DNA of 64,000 bases from Bdellovibrionota bacterium (GTDB taxonomy: Bacteria; Bdellovibrionota_C; UBA2361; JBIKUX01), in the NCBI GenBank assembly GCA_044347345.1, contig JBIKUX010000011.1, positions 1-64,000 on the forward strand, given 5' to 3'. How positions within the stretch are numbered: the stretch's first letter is position 1; each line of letters begins with the position of its first letter. The position numbers and the translations under genes are program-made. This document shows positions 29,733 through 38,649 of the stretch, piece by piece. The notes below the pieces were generated by a model. That model did not search any database. It was given only the letters and a program-made list of their open reading frames with translations, and was not told where the DNA came from.

Positions 29733-30602
29733 TTGACAGTTTTATGGAGTTTTTGCATGACATATGCGTTACTTGACTCCGGTGATGGTGAACGGTTAGA
29801 GCGGTTTGGTGATAAAATTCTAGTGCGTCCTTCGTCTTTGGCTGTATGGACAAAGCGGCTTCCCGTATCTAATTGGATGAATATTGACGCCCGATTTGAT
29901 CATAAAAACCGGTGGCAATATTACAGGGAGCCGTTTGAAGAATGGTCATGTAATCTATCTGATATTACTTTAATCTTGCGTTTGCAGCGTAACGGACAGG
30001 TAGGATTTTTTCCTGAACATATCATTATTCAATCTATTTTAGATTTAGAAGCTCCCAATTCTTCCTTACTCAATTTGTTTGCATATACCGGACTAGCTTC
30101 GGTTTTAGCTGTTCAGCGTGGCATGAATGTTACTCATGTAGATACAAATAAGCAGGTACTTTCTTGGGTAAATACAAACATGGCGGCAAATAATAATCGG
30201 TTAGCTGAACAAAAAGACCGATCGATGTTGGCGGGTTCTTTTAGGGTCATTTTGGAGGATGCTATAACTTTTATTAATCGTGAAATACGACGGAAGCATA
30301 CTTACGATGTTATTATCGCTGATCCTCCCAGTTTTAGTCGTCAAATTAAGAATCAAGAGCAACAGGAAGGAGTCGATTTACTGCAAGAATGCTTTAAATT
30401 GTTGCCTTATCTAATGAAACAGGGCTCCGTAGCTATTGTCTCATCGCATCAGTTGGCCTTTGGAGTAGAAGGTCTTGCTAATCTAGCACTTGATGCCTTT
30501 GGAGATAAAATATCATTACAACCTTTGGATCTTTTAATTACTGAGAGCAATAGCCCACGAAGACTTAAATGTGGAGTAGGAGTAGTGATTCGAGTTAATT
30601 AG
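29733..30602 (+). CDS. Class I SAM-dependent methyltransferase, RlmI/RlmK-like (likely start ATG 29757)
   Basis: YALLDSGDGERLERFG, GFFPE, LNLFAYTG, DPPSF. Confidence 0.85.
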   Translation: MTVLWSFCMTYALLDSGDGERLERFGDKILVRPSSLAVWTKRLPVSNWMNIDARFDHKNRWQYYREPFEEWSCNLSDITLILRLQRNGQVGFFPEHIIIQSILDLEAPNSSLLNLFAYTGLASVLAVQRGMNVTHVDTNKQVLSWVNTNMAANNNRLAEQKDRSMLAGSFRVILEDAITFINREIRRKHTYDVIIADPPSFSRQIKNQEQQEGVDLLQECFKLLPYLMKQGSVAIVSSHQLAFGVEGLANLALDAFGDKISLQPLDLLITESNSPRRLKCGVGVVIRVN

Positions 30603-30814
30603 TTTAATTAATAAATTCAGAATTTTAGCTAACTTCTCTTTTTATACAGTAGTTTATAGGTAATAAACTACTTCTCTTTTTATGCAATTTTTTCTTATCG
30701 AGAGCGTTTTTAAATTGGTCGATAGTTAGATAACTAGTGATTCTGTTCGATCTGGATGTAGTGTGTGCTTTGTAGGTAAAGACGGAAATTTTAACAATGT
30801 AAAAAGCGATAAGG

Positions 30815-32167
30815 ATGATTTACGCTGCGTATTTTGATGAGGACGAAACACATTGCTTGGTACTTAATTCAGTATTAAGGGCAAGTGGGCTAAATACTTC
30901 CGTCGTCAGTAAAATTGAGGAAGCTTTTGATTTATTGCTAAGCGATTCATTTGATATTGCTCTGTGCCATTTAGTTGGTTCTGCTAATAGAGCCTTAAGT
31001 TTTCTAAAATCAACGCAAGAGATCGGTCTTTCTATTCCAATAGTTTTTCTTTTGGATCGATGTTCAGTCGAACAAGCGGTGCTGTTGATGCAGGCAGGAG
31101 CAGTCGATCTTTTTCAAAAACCAGTTGAAGCAAACGAATTAGTAACTCGACTTAAATCAGTTTTAGATAGAAAAAATATAGCAGTTAGGTCAAAAAAAAT
31201 TAGACGAAAAAATAGTGCTTTTTGTGAATTTATATCTCAAAATCCTGATGTTCAAAAGCTCTTAGGCCACATAGATAAAGTAGCGGCAGTTGATTCTAGT
31301 GTACTCATTACCGGAGAAAGTGGTACGGGGAAAGAGCTTTTAGCTCGTCGTATTCATGAAAATAGCCCAAGAAAGCAGTATCCTTTTATACCTATTAATT
31401 GTGGAGCTATACCGTCTCAATTACTTGAGAGTGAATTGTTTGGTCATGAAGCAGGGGCATTTACGGGGGCTGAAGTATCTCGAATAGGAATATTTGAGAG
31501 TGGTTCAAATGGCACAATCTTTTTAGATGAGATTGGTGATATGCCTTATACTTTGCAAGTAAAGCTACTGAGAACCTTGCAAGAAGGAGAGATTAAGAGA
31601 GTAGGTGGTACGCGAATCATTAAAGTAGCACCACGTATTGTTTCGGCTACTAATCATTCACCAGCAGAGGCAATCGCTAACGGTACGCTGCGCTCTGATC
31701 TTTTTTATCGTCTTGGAGTGATTGAGTTTCATATTCCTCCACTTAGAGAGCGTCCGGAGGATATACCTTTATTGGCGATGCGATATCTTGAAAACTTTTG
31801 TCGTGAATTTAAGCGACCTGTACCCACAATTAGTGAAGAAGTCTGGAGTGCTCTTGCTCGTCATAAGTGGCCGGGAAATGCGCGAGAGCTTGAAAACGTA
31901 ATGGAAAGAGTCGCTGTATTAGCAGAAGAGCTAGTTACTCCGGCACACCTCGGGCTACCGTTTGGGCTTACATTTAGTATGTTAGATGAAGCCACCATTT
32001 CGTTAACTGAGATTGCTCAAATCGCAGCAAGACGTGCTGAGGCAGAGGTTTTACTGCAAACATTAAAAAAGTCTAATTGGAATAAATCAAAAACTGCTAA
32101 AGCGCTCGGAATTAGCTACAAGACTCTTTTAACCAAGGTTAAAGAGTATAAACTACATTCCATATAA
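30815..32167 (+). CDS. Sigma54-dependent enhancer-binding protein with degenerate receiver domain and Fis HTH
   Basis: GESGTGKE, ESELFGHE.GAFTGA, LDEIG, WPGNAREL, NKSKTAKALGISYKTL. Confidence 0.95.
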   Translation: MIYAAYFDEDETHCLVLNSVLRASGLNTSVVSKIEEAFDLLLSDSFDIALCHLVGSANRALSFLKSTQEIGLSIPIVFLLDRCSVEQAVLLMQAGAVDLFQKPVEANELVTRLKSVLDRKNIAVRSKKIRRKNSAFCEFISQNPDVQKLLGHIDKVAAVDSSVLITGESGTGKELLARRIHENSPRKQYPFIPINCGAIPSQLLESELFGHEAGAFTGAEVSRIGIFESGSNGTIFLDEIGDMPYTLQVKLLRTLQEGEIKRVGGTRIIKVAPRIVSATNHSPAEAIANGTLRSDLFYRLGVIEFHIPPLRERPEDIPLLAMRYLENFCREFKRPVPTISEEVWSALARHKWPGNARELENVMERVAVLAEELVTPAHLGLPFGLTFSMLDEATISLTEIAQIAARRAEAEVLLQTLKKSNWNKSKTAKALGISYKTLLTKVKEYKLHSI

Positions 32168-32478
32168 ACTAATTTACATAAACAATTAAACAGCTAGATT
32201 AAACAGATAGTTAGTTGCATCTAGTTAGTTCAAGAAATATCTTCTCCTGATTTAGATAGCGCTGCAACTATAAGTAAAAAGATCAAATTAAGACCCAAAG
32301 CTGCCGCTAACAGTCGCCAAAGTGCCCCAAGCCCTGCCATGCTACCTCTTCCCCCTGACCCTCTACCGAGCAGACCATTATTAAAGGGATTACTTGAAGG
32401 AATATGTGACGGCTGATTCATGGGCACAGAGGATTACTTAATTTTATTTTACAATCAAGCAATAAGTGCAATTTTACT

Positions 32479-33090
32479 TTAATCAAGCCTAAGTAAGGCA
32501 TTTATTCGTATAAAAAATGCTTCAGTTGATACTTTTTCACCTGTAACTATGATGTCATCAGTTGTTAAGTTAAATGCTTGGGCTATTTCGTTTTGCTTGA
32601 TTTTAAGCTCATTTTTGGAAAGTTTGTCACTTTTAGTAATCACTATAAGGGTGTTGATATTACGAGCCGCTAAAGTATTACGCACCCAAATTTCTTCTTC
32701 GCCAGGAATTCTTCTGGCGTCAGCGAGTATTATTCCTATACGCAGTTGTTCGCGATTCAGTAAATAATCTTCAAGTAAGTTAGTTAAAGATTGAATCTCT
32801 CTTTTATTAACAGCCGCATAGCCAAATCCTGGAAGATCAGTTAAGACCCAGTTTAGCATCTCGTCATCCACAGTTTTTCCGGATATGGCGAAGCAGTGTA
32901 TTGCACGAGTGCGACCTGGAGTTTTACTTACTCGCGCAAGTTGTCGCCTTTTAGTTATTCTATTTACAAAAGTTGATTTTCCTACGTTCGATCGGCCCAA
33001 CAGAGCAACTTCTTTTAGTTTATGCTTGGGAATACCCTGAAAAGTTGGAGCACCTCCTAGATACTCAATTGAGGTGATAGTAAAGGTCAC
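32479..33090 (-). CDS. engB: Ribosome biogenesis GTPase EngB/YihA
   Basis: GRSNVGKS, SKTPGRT, DLPGFGYA, TKSDK. Confidence 0.95.
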   Translation of the reverse strand: MTFTITSIEYLGGAPTFQGIPKHKLKEVALLGRSNVGKSTFVNRITKRRQLARVSKTPGRTRAIHCFAISGKTVDDEMLNWVLTDLPGFGYAAVNKREIQSLTNLLEDYLLNREQLRIGIILADARRIPGEEEIWVRNTLAARNINTLIVITKSDKLSKNELKIKQNEIAQAFNLTTDDIIVTGEKVSTEAFFIRINALLRLD

Positions 33091-33150
33091 AGATTTTCCT
33101 GTTAAAAACTAAATTATAGGATAAAAAAGTAGGTTGACACCAGATTTGGG

Positions 33151-33279
33151 CTATTCACCTTGATTATAAATTTCTTGCTCCAGTTTTTTTATTCTTACTC
33201 GAAGCGAGCGTAAATAAGCTACTATAATAAGCCAAAACACTGTGTAGCCAGCCACTAAACTTGGAAATGTATCAGGCAT
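33151..33279 (-). CDS. ccmD: CcmD-like heme exporter small subunit (42 aa; absent from the ORF track)
   Basis: Hand translation MPDTFPSLVAGYTVFWLIIVAYLRSLRVRIKKLEQEIYNQGE; AAGGAG RBS; directly after ccmC; TM helix followed by a charged tail. Confidence 0.8.
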   Translation of the reverse strand: MPDTFPSLVAGYTVFWLIIVAYLRSLRVRIKKLEQEIYNQGE

Positions 33280-33300
33280 TTTTTCTCCTTATTATTTAAG

Positions 33301-33987
33301 TTAGTCGTTTTTAGAAAAAACGGAAATTTCCAGTAATCCTATACGAATTCTTACAAGTAAAAAGAGAAGAGCTAAAGTGATTAAGGTTACTGTAGCTAAT
33401 CCTAATCCGGCTCCGAAAAGGTGATGTTTTAAACCTCTCGCCTCAATTACTTGAGGATGTAATTGCGCTACCTGAGGAAGTAGCTTAACTGAGAGCCAAA
33501 CAAGGGGTACGGTAAGTGAACCGAGTAGACCAATAATAGCCGATTGAGTTTCAATCCGCTGCTTATCGCCAAAGTTTCGTATAATGATGAAGGAGAGAAA
33601 AATAAGCCACAATAAAAGAAAGGTAACTAATCTTGGTTCCCATCTAAACCAAGTATTCCAAGCTGCTTTACCCCATATCATACCTGTTACGAGCGTTGTG
33701 GTGCAAAAAATAAAACCCACTTCTCCAGCGGCACCATTTATAACGGCCCACAGTCGATTTAATGAAACGAGATAACCAATACTTGCAAGAAAAACTACAC
33801 TAAACGCAACATAGCACGAAATTGCAGAAGCGACATGATAGTAAAATAAGCGTTGCACAGCTCCCATGACTCGTTCTGACGGCACTATCATAAAAATCAT
33901 GTACAGAGAGAGTGGAATAAGTATAGCGCTTAAAAAGAAGAGTAATGGTTCGGTTATTCGTAGTACTTTAGTTATTTGACTATTCAT
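33301..33987 (-). CDS. ccmC: Heme exporter subunit CcmC
   Basis: YYHV, WGKAAWNTWFRWEPRL (WWD domain), LHP. Confidence 0.92.
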   Translation of the reverse strand: MNSQITKVLRITEPLLFFLSAILIPLSLYMIFMIVPSERVMGAVQRLFYYHVASAISCYVAFSVVFLASIGYLVSLNRLWAVINGAAGEVGFIFCTTTLVTGMIWGKAAWNTWFRWEPRLVTFLLLWLIFLSFIIIRNFGDKQRIETQSAIIGLLGSLTVPLVWLSVKLLPQVAQLHPQVIEARGLKHHLFGAGLGLATVTLITLALLFLLVRIRIGLLEISVFSKND

Positions 33988-34011
33988 AGATCAATAAAAT
34001 TGAAGAATTAT

Positions 34012-34728
34012 TTAGGCACTATCTCCCATGGCACGGTCGCTCAGCAATACACCGAGTGATGGATAAATTAGAGCTAGTCCAATAACGGCGCTAGTGGCGC
34101 CGGATAAGCTCCACGGCTCATTTGTTGTTATTGCTAAGGTATCAATTGAGGCTCTTACCAGGGCAATGACAAACGGAATAAGAAGGGGAAGTGTTATCAT
34201 TATCTGCACTGAGGCTCCCCTGTCTGTACGAATAGAAAGGATACTTGTAAGAGTACACAAGGCACTGAGTCCTATGGAACCGGATAAAACTAGAATAGCT
34301 ATGGGCGAAAGAGCAGATGAAATGCGAACATCAGCGATAAATATACCTGTACTAACTATTGTTGTAATACTAATTATCGTCCCAAGACATAGCACTAAAG
34401 ACTTTGCAATGTACAAAGTGGATGGTCTTACTCCTGCTAGTAGTATGGTTGATAAAGCCTCAGTAGCTATCTCTTTGTTCCACATTTTTTCTGAAGCTGT
34501 GAGTATGGTGATGGTAGTTAGTAGCCACCATGTATAGGTAGATACGAGTAATCGTATGGATGGATGAAGAGTGAGCATGCTAATACCAACACTACTTATT
34601 ATTCCAAAAAGAAAAGACAAAATAATTACGCTCACAAAAAACTCTGAACGCCGTACCTCCGCTACTAGTTCTTTTTGAATCAGAGCCCATAATATATTTG
34701 GCACTGCTGGAGATTTGTTTTGTGACAT
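34012..34728 (-). CDS. ccmB: Heme exporter subunit CcmB
   Basis: KEL..E.R N-terminus, six TM segments, LPLLIP; lies between ccmA and ccmC. Confidence 0.8.
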   Translation of the reverse strand: MSQNKSPAVPNILWALIQKELVAEVRRSEFFVSVIILSFLFGIISSVGISMLTLHPSIRLLVSTYTWWLLTTITILTASEKMWNKEIATEALSTILLAGVRPSTLYIAKSLVLCLGTIISITTIVSTGIFIADVRISSALSPIAILVLSGSIGLSALCTLTSILSIRTDRGASVQIMITLPLLIPFVIALVRASIDTLAITTNEPWSLSGATSAVIGLALIYPSLGVLLSDRAMGDSA

Positions 34729-34773
34729 TGCTATTTTTGTAAAAGCTGTAAGGGTTGTTTAAAGATTTACATA

Positions 34774-35439
34774 TTATCTGTTTGATGCGTGATAGAAGGC
34801 TAATAGGGTTTCTTTCGTTTCCATTGATGAGGATCTCTTAATTGAGCCATTATCGAGAAGCAGTAAAGTGTTACCCCAAGCAACTAAATGATGCAGATCA
34901 TGAGTTGCTAAAATAATGGTTGTATCTTTATCTGAAAGAATGCTTTGTAGTAAAAGCTCAATACCATTGTTATCTAGATTAGCTGTTGGTTCATCTAGAA
35001 GTAAAAGCGAGGGTCGAATAATATCTATTAAGGCAAGTCCAGTTCGGGTATTTGTTCCTTTGGAGACGGTGCGTAAGGTTCTATGACGAAATTTATTAAG
35101 ACCCCATAATTTTAGGACATCATCAATTGGTTTTTTTACCCCGAATAGACCGCTAAAAAATAGCAGATTTTCCTCAATCGTTAAATCTGCATATAGCCCA
35201 GATGCGTGACTTAGAAGAAACGGAGTTGTATTTTTGCCTAAAGTTCTGGTGCCACTGAATGGTGATATTAAGCCAGCTATGAGGCGAAGAAAAGTTGATT
35301 TTCCGCTTCCATTTCTCCCAAGAACTAGAACTCTTTCTCCTATTTTAAAATTTACTGATAAGTCTTGGAGTATTTTAGAGCCTCCGAGCGAAACATTGAC
35401 TTTGTCTAAGTGACATATAATGTCTTCATTTATTTTCAT
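34774..35439 (-). CDS. ccmA: Heme exporter ATPase CcmA
   Basis: GRNGSGKST, SKG signature, LLLDEP; ccm context. Confidence 0.85.
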   Translation of the reverse strand: MKINEDIICHLDKVNVSLGGSKILQDLSVNFKIGERVLVLGRNGSGKSTFLRLIAGLISPFSGTRTLGKNTTPFLLSHASGLYADLTIEENLLFFSGLFGVKKPIDDVLKLWGLNKFRHRTLRTVSKGTNTRTGLALIDIIRPSLLLLDEPTANLDNNGIELLLQSILSDKDTTIILATHDLHHLVAWGNTLLLLDNGSIKRSSSMETKETLLAFYHASNR

Positions 35440-35680
35440 CGTCGGTTTGCTGCATCTTGCTTAATAATTGATGGTAGTCCTCTTCATCGAGAGCACCGGT
35501 AGCGAAATCATGCTCTATTTCATCCTTAAATGACTGCGATGAGTTTTGCTCAGGAGTGGATGCCAATGAGGAAAATTTATCTGAAGTCCCCTTCGAAAAT
35601 AATAATGGTTTGATAATTATTGTCAGTGTGATACCAGCAATCATTACCGATGCCATGATGTATAGAGTATCGTTATTCAT
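35426..35680 (-). CDS. Small membrane protein resembling the CcmI N-terminus
   Basis: TM helix ending in PL, then EIEHDFATGALDEEDY (cf. ELE.D...G.I...EY). Confidence 0.6.
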   Translation of the reverse strand: MNNDTLYIMASVMIAGITLTIIIKPLLFSKGTSDKFSSLASTPEQNSSQSFKDEIEHDFATGALDEEDYHQLLSKMQQTDDENK

Positions 35681-35683
35681 AAC

Positions 35684-37654
35684 TTAAGCTGAAGATTTTG
35701 ATTGAAGTGGTGGAGTTAAGGTTACGAGGGTGCCCATAATTACGACTATTAGTCCTATCCAAAGCCATTTCTGCAACGGATTTATAAACAATTTGAATGC
35801 AGCTCTATTTCCAGAATCGTCAAGGCCGGCCAGTACTAAGTAAACATCTTCACGCAGAGTGCTGCGTATTGCTACCTCTGATGTCGATTCTTCTTTTCTA
35901 ATATATCTTCTCAATTCCGGTCGTAAAACATCTAAAGTTTTATCAGAAGGAGCATCTTTTAATTCTACCTGAGCCATAAGAGCTCCGTAGTTTTGGTTTT
36001 CTTTAGTAGTAAGATCTTTTAAATGAAATTTAAAACGACCTATTTGTTCTGATTGTCCCGGCAAAAGAGAAAACTCTACTTCAAGTTTATGTGCCATCGA
36101 AGCTGTAATTCCGAGCACCATAACAACTACACCAAGATGAACTAGATACCCACCGTATCTTGTGTGATGTCTTCTGACCATCTGTGCAAAATCTTTCGAG
36201 GCAGAGCCTTTCGATGTGCTGCTAAGGCGTTGTGCTTTGTAGCCGCGATAAAATTCGCGAAGAATCGTGTGGGTAATAAAATAACATATAGAATACGACA
36301 GTGTTGTGTAAAATGAAGGTGCTCCAGCCCAAACGCAAATAATACCTATAAATAAAGCGCCAATAAATGGACTTACAAAGGTACGAAGCACTCTCTGTAG
36401 TGATGCCTTGCGCCATGAAATAAGAGGTCCAACTCCCATTAGAAGTAGCATTGCCAAGAAAAGCGGAATAGTAACGGCGTTAAAATAAGGAATACCAATG
36501 GTTTGTTTTTTTCCGGTTACTGCCTCTGAAAGCACTGGAAACATTACACCCCACAAAACCGCAAAGCATATACTAAGGAAAAGAAGATTATTTAAAAGGA
36601 AAGCGGATTCGCGAGAGAGAATGCTTTCTAATTGAACGTCGGACGCAAGTTCTTGTCGTCGCCAATAATGAAGTATACCTACTCCTATCAGCAGAAAGAT
36701 AAGATAGGCGAGGAATGTCCATCCTATGTCAGTAGAAGCAAAGGCATGGACACTTTGAACGATACCTGATCGAGTTAGGAAAGTGCCAAATACCGTGAGT
36801 CCGTAAGTAATAACGATGAGCCATACATTCCAAGCTTTAAGCATTCCCTTCCGTTCCTGTACCATTATGGAGTGAAGAAAAGCAGTTCCGGTAAGCCAAG
36901 GCAGAAAAGATGCATTTTCAACAGGATCCCACGCCCAAAAACCTCCCCAACCTAGCTCAAGATAGGCCCAATGACCTCCTAGCGTAATACCGACTGTTAA
37001 AAATCCCCATGCCACCAGTGTCCAGCGACGAGTAAGTTTTATCCATTCTGAGGAAATACGCCCTGCAAGTAGAGCACCAATACAGAAAGCAAAAGGCACT
37101 GCAAAAGTTGTAAATCCAAGATATAGCGTCGGTGGATGGGCTGCCATATATGGATTCTGAAGAAGTGGATTTAAGCCATTTCCCTCCAGAGGAATAAAAG
37201 GCGCCTTAATGTACCGAAATGGATTTGTAAGGAAAAGTACTATAGAGGTGAAAAAAAGAGTCGTAGTGTGAAATCCAACAATCACCCATGATAGTAGCTG
37301 TGGTGCAATGTTTCTGTCTGTAAATACTACTACTGCTCCCATGACACTGAGCAAAAAAGCCCACAGAAGCATTGAGCCATCCATCCCTCCCCATACGGCG
37401 GTTATTTTATAGATAGATGGCATTGTTGTGTCGGAAAACTGCCAAACAAATTGATTTGTAAAATCACTGGTTACAAAAAGTATAGCCAGTGCGGCTGTAG
37501 CACCACCTAAAAAAATAGCATGTGCTACAGTAGCATATCTCGCGCTTGTTAAGTATGCATTGGAATTGAATTTGCCGGCATAAATTCCGGCGCAAATACT
37601 CCATATAGCAAGAAGCCAGGAGATAAATAAAAAAAAGCCTCCTAATTCACCCAT
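35684..37654 (-). CDS. ccmF: Cytochrome c heme lyase CcmF
   Basis: WGGMDGS, GLNPLLQ..HPP, WAYLELGWGGFWAWDPVEN, RSG..SVHAF. Confidence 0.97.
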   Translation of the reverse strand: MGELGGFFLFISWLLAIWSICAGIYAGKFNSNAYLTSARYATVAHAIFLGGATAALAILFVTSDFTNQFVWQFSDTTMPSIYKITAVWGGMDGSMLLWAFLLSVMGAVVVFTDRNIAPQLLSWVIVGFHTTTLFFTSIVLFLTNPFRYIKAPFIPLEGNGLNPLLQNPYMAAHPPTLYLGFTTFAVPFAFCIGALLAGRISSEWIKLTRRWTLVAWGFLTVGITLGGHWAYLELGWGGFWAWDPVENASFLPWLTGTAFLHSIMVQERKGMLKAWNVWLIVITYGLTVFGTFLTRSGIVQSVHAFASTDIGWTFLAYLIFLLIGVGILHYWRRQELASDVQLESILSRESAFLLNNLLFLSICFAVLWGVMFPVLSEAVTGKKQTIGIPYFNAVTIPLFLAMLLLMGVGPLISWRKASLQRVLRTFVSPFIGALFIGIICVWAGAPSFYTTLSYSICYFITHTILREFYRGYKAQRLSSTSKGSASKDFAQMVRRHHTRYGGYLVHLGVVVMVLGITASMAHKLEVEFSLLPGQSEQIGRFKFHLKDLTTKENQNYGALMAQVELKDAPSDKTLDVLRPELRRYIRKEESTSEVAIRSTLREDVYLVLAGLDDSGNRAAFKLFINPLQKWLWIGLIVVIMGTLVTLTPPLQSKSSA

Positions 37655-37673
37655 TTTTACTCCGGATAAATAG

Positions 37674-38108
37674 TTATTTTGTTGTAGTATTTGATTTATT
37701 TATATTTTGCTCTGGTGAGGGAGGCTCATATTTTGATGGACATTGAGTGAGCAAAGTATGAGCATAAAGTTTACCATTAACAAAATCACCATCAATAAGC
37801 ACATCTCGTCCAGCAGCAAACATATCTGGCTTTAGATCCTGATAAATCACCGGGATTGAAAGTTCTTTTTTGTTGTGATCGTGAAGTTCAAATTCTAATT
37901 TTATTTCAGGTTCTAAAGTATAATTAATCTTAGACTCTGCTACTTGTCCTCCTACTCTGAGCCTTTTTCGATCTTGTGAAGAGGTTCGAGCTAGCTCTGA
38001 CGGGAGAATAATCTCAGCTTTTGTTGTGGTGGTGGCATATAATAGTAAAAGAGTTCCACACACGGCCACTGCCATAGCTAAGAGGCTAAATATAGGGCTC
38101 CGCTTCAT
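37674..38108 (-). CDS. ccmE: Heme chaperone CcmE, cysteine (CxxxY) variant
   Basis: LRVGG, PDMF, LLTQCPSKYE. Confidence 0.93.
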   Translation of the reverse strand: MKRSPIFSLLAMAVAVCGTLLLLYATTTTKAEIILPSELARTSSQDRKRLRVGGQVAESKINYTLEPEIKLEFELHDHNKKELSIPVIYQDLKPDMFAAGRDVLIDGDFVNGKLYAHTLLTQCPSKYEPPSPEQNINKSNTTTK

Positions 38109-38649
38109 TAGTAAATGCCTTTTTAGTTTTATAATACTTCGTATTATGTAGAGTCACCACTTTATAGTACTGATGGTAAAATCTGCAGGAAAGCTTTCGA
38201 TTAAAAATATGCTTTATTTACGATAATGTCGTGCTTTATTGTTCAATCCCATGATAGTTTTCATACTGAGTAAGCTTTATTCTCCTATTTATATAGTTTT
38301 TTGCTCGTAGAGGAGATTAGTGTATTTCACAATTTAAATACGAGATGATAGGAAAAGTAAGTTACTTTTATTTCGTTAACTTAAGATTTTTTGCAAATCT
38401 CCGAACTATTAAACATCAGGTTAGACAGGAATTCATGAAGAAAAAGGTGTGGTTCTCTTCATGAAGTTAAACAACGCTGATATGAAATAGATAAATTTTG
38501 TTAAGAGCTATTTTATTAAACGTTGTTTGTGATTTGGTCATGCTTATTAGAAATAAAAAGCATGCAAATAAAAAGCATACGAGTAAGCGGTATGCCCGGA
38601 CGTGACTTGGGGCGCGGTATTTTTTATACTTTTTAAGTATTTAATTTTT

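Noticed and set aside
32230-32427. 65 aa minus-strand ORF after engB
   Set aside because: It has a possible TM segment but a GTG start and no recognisable family; it could be real, but I cannot support it.
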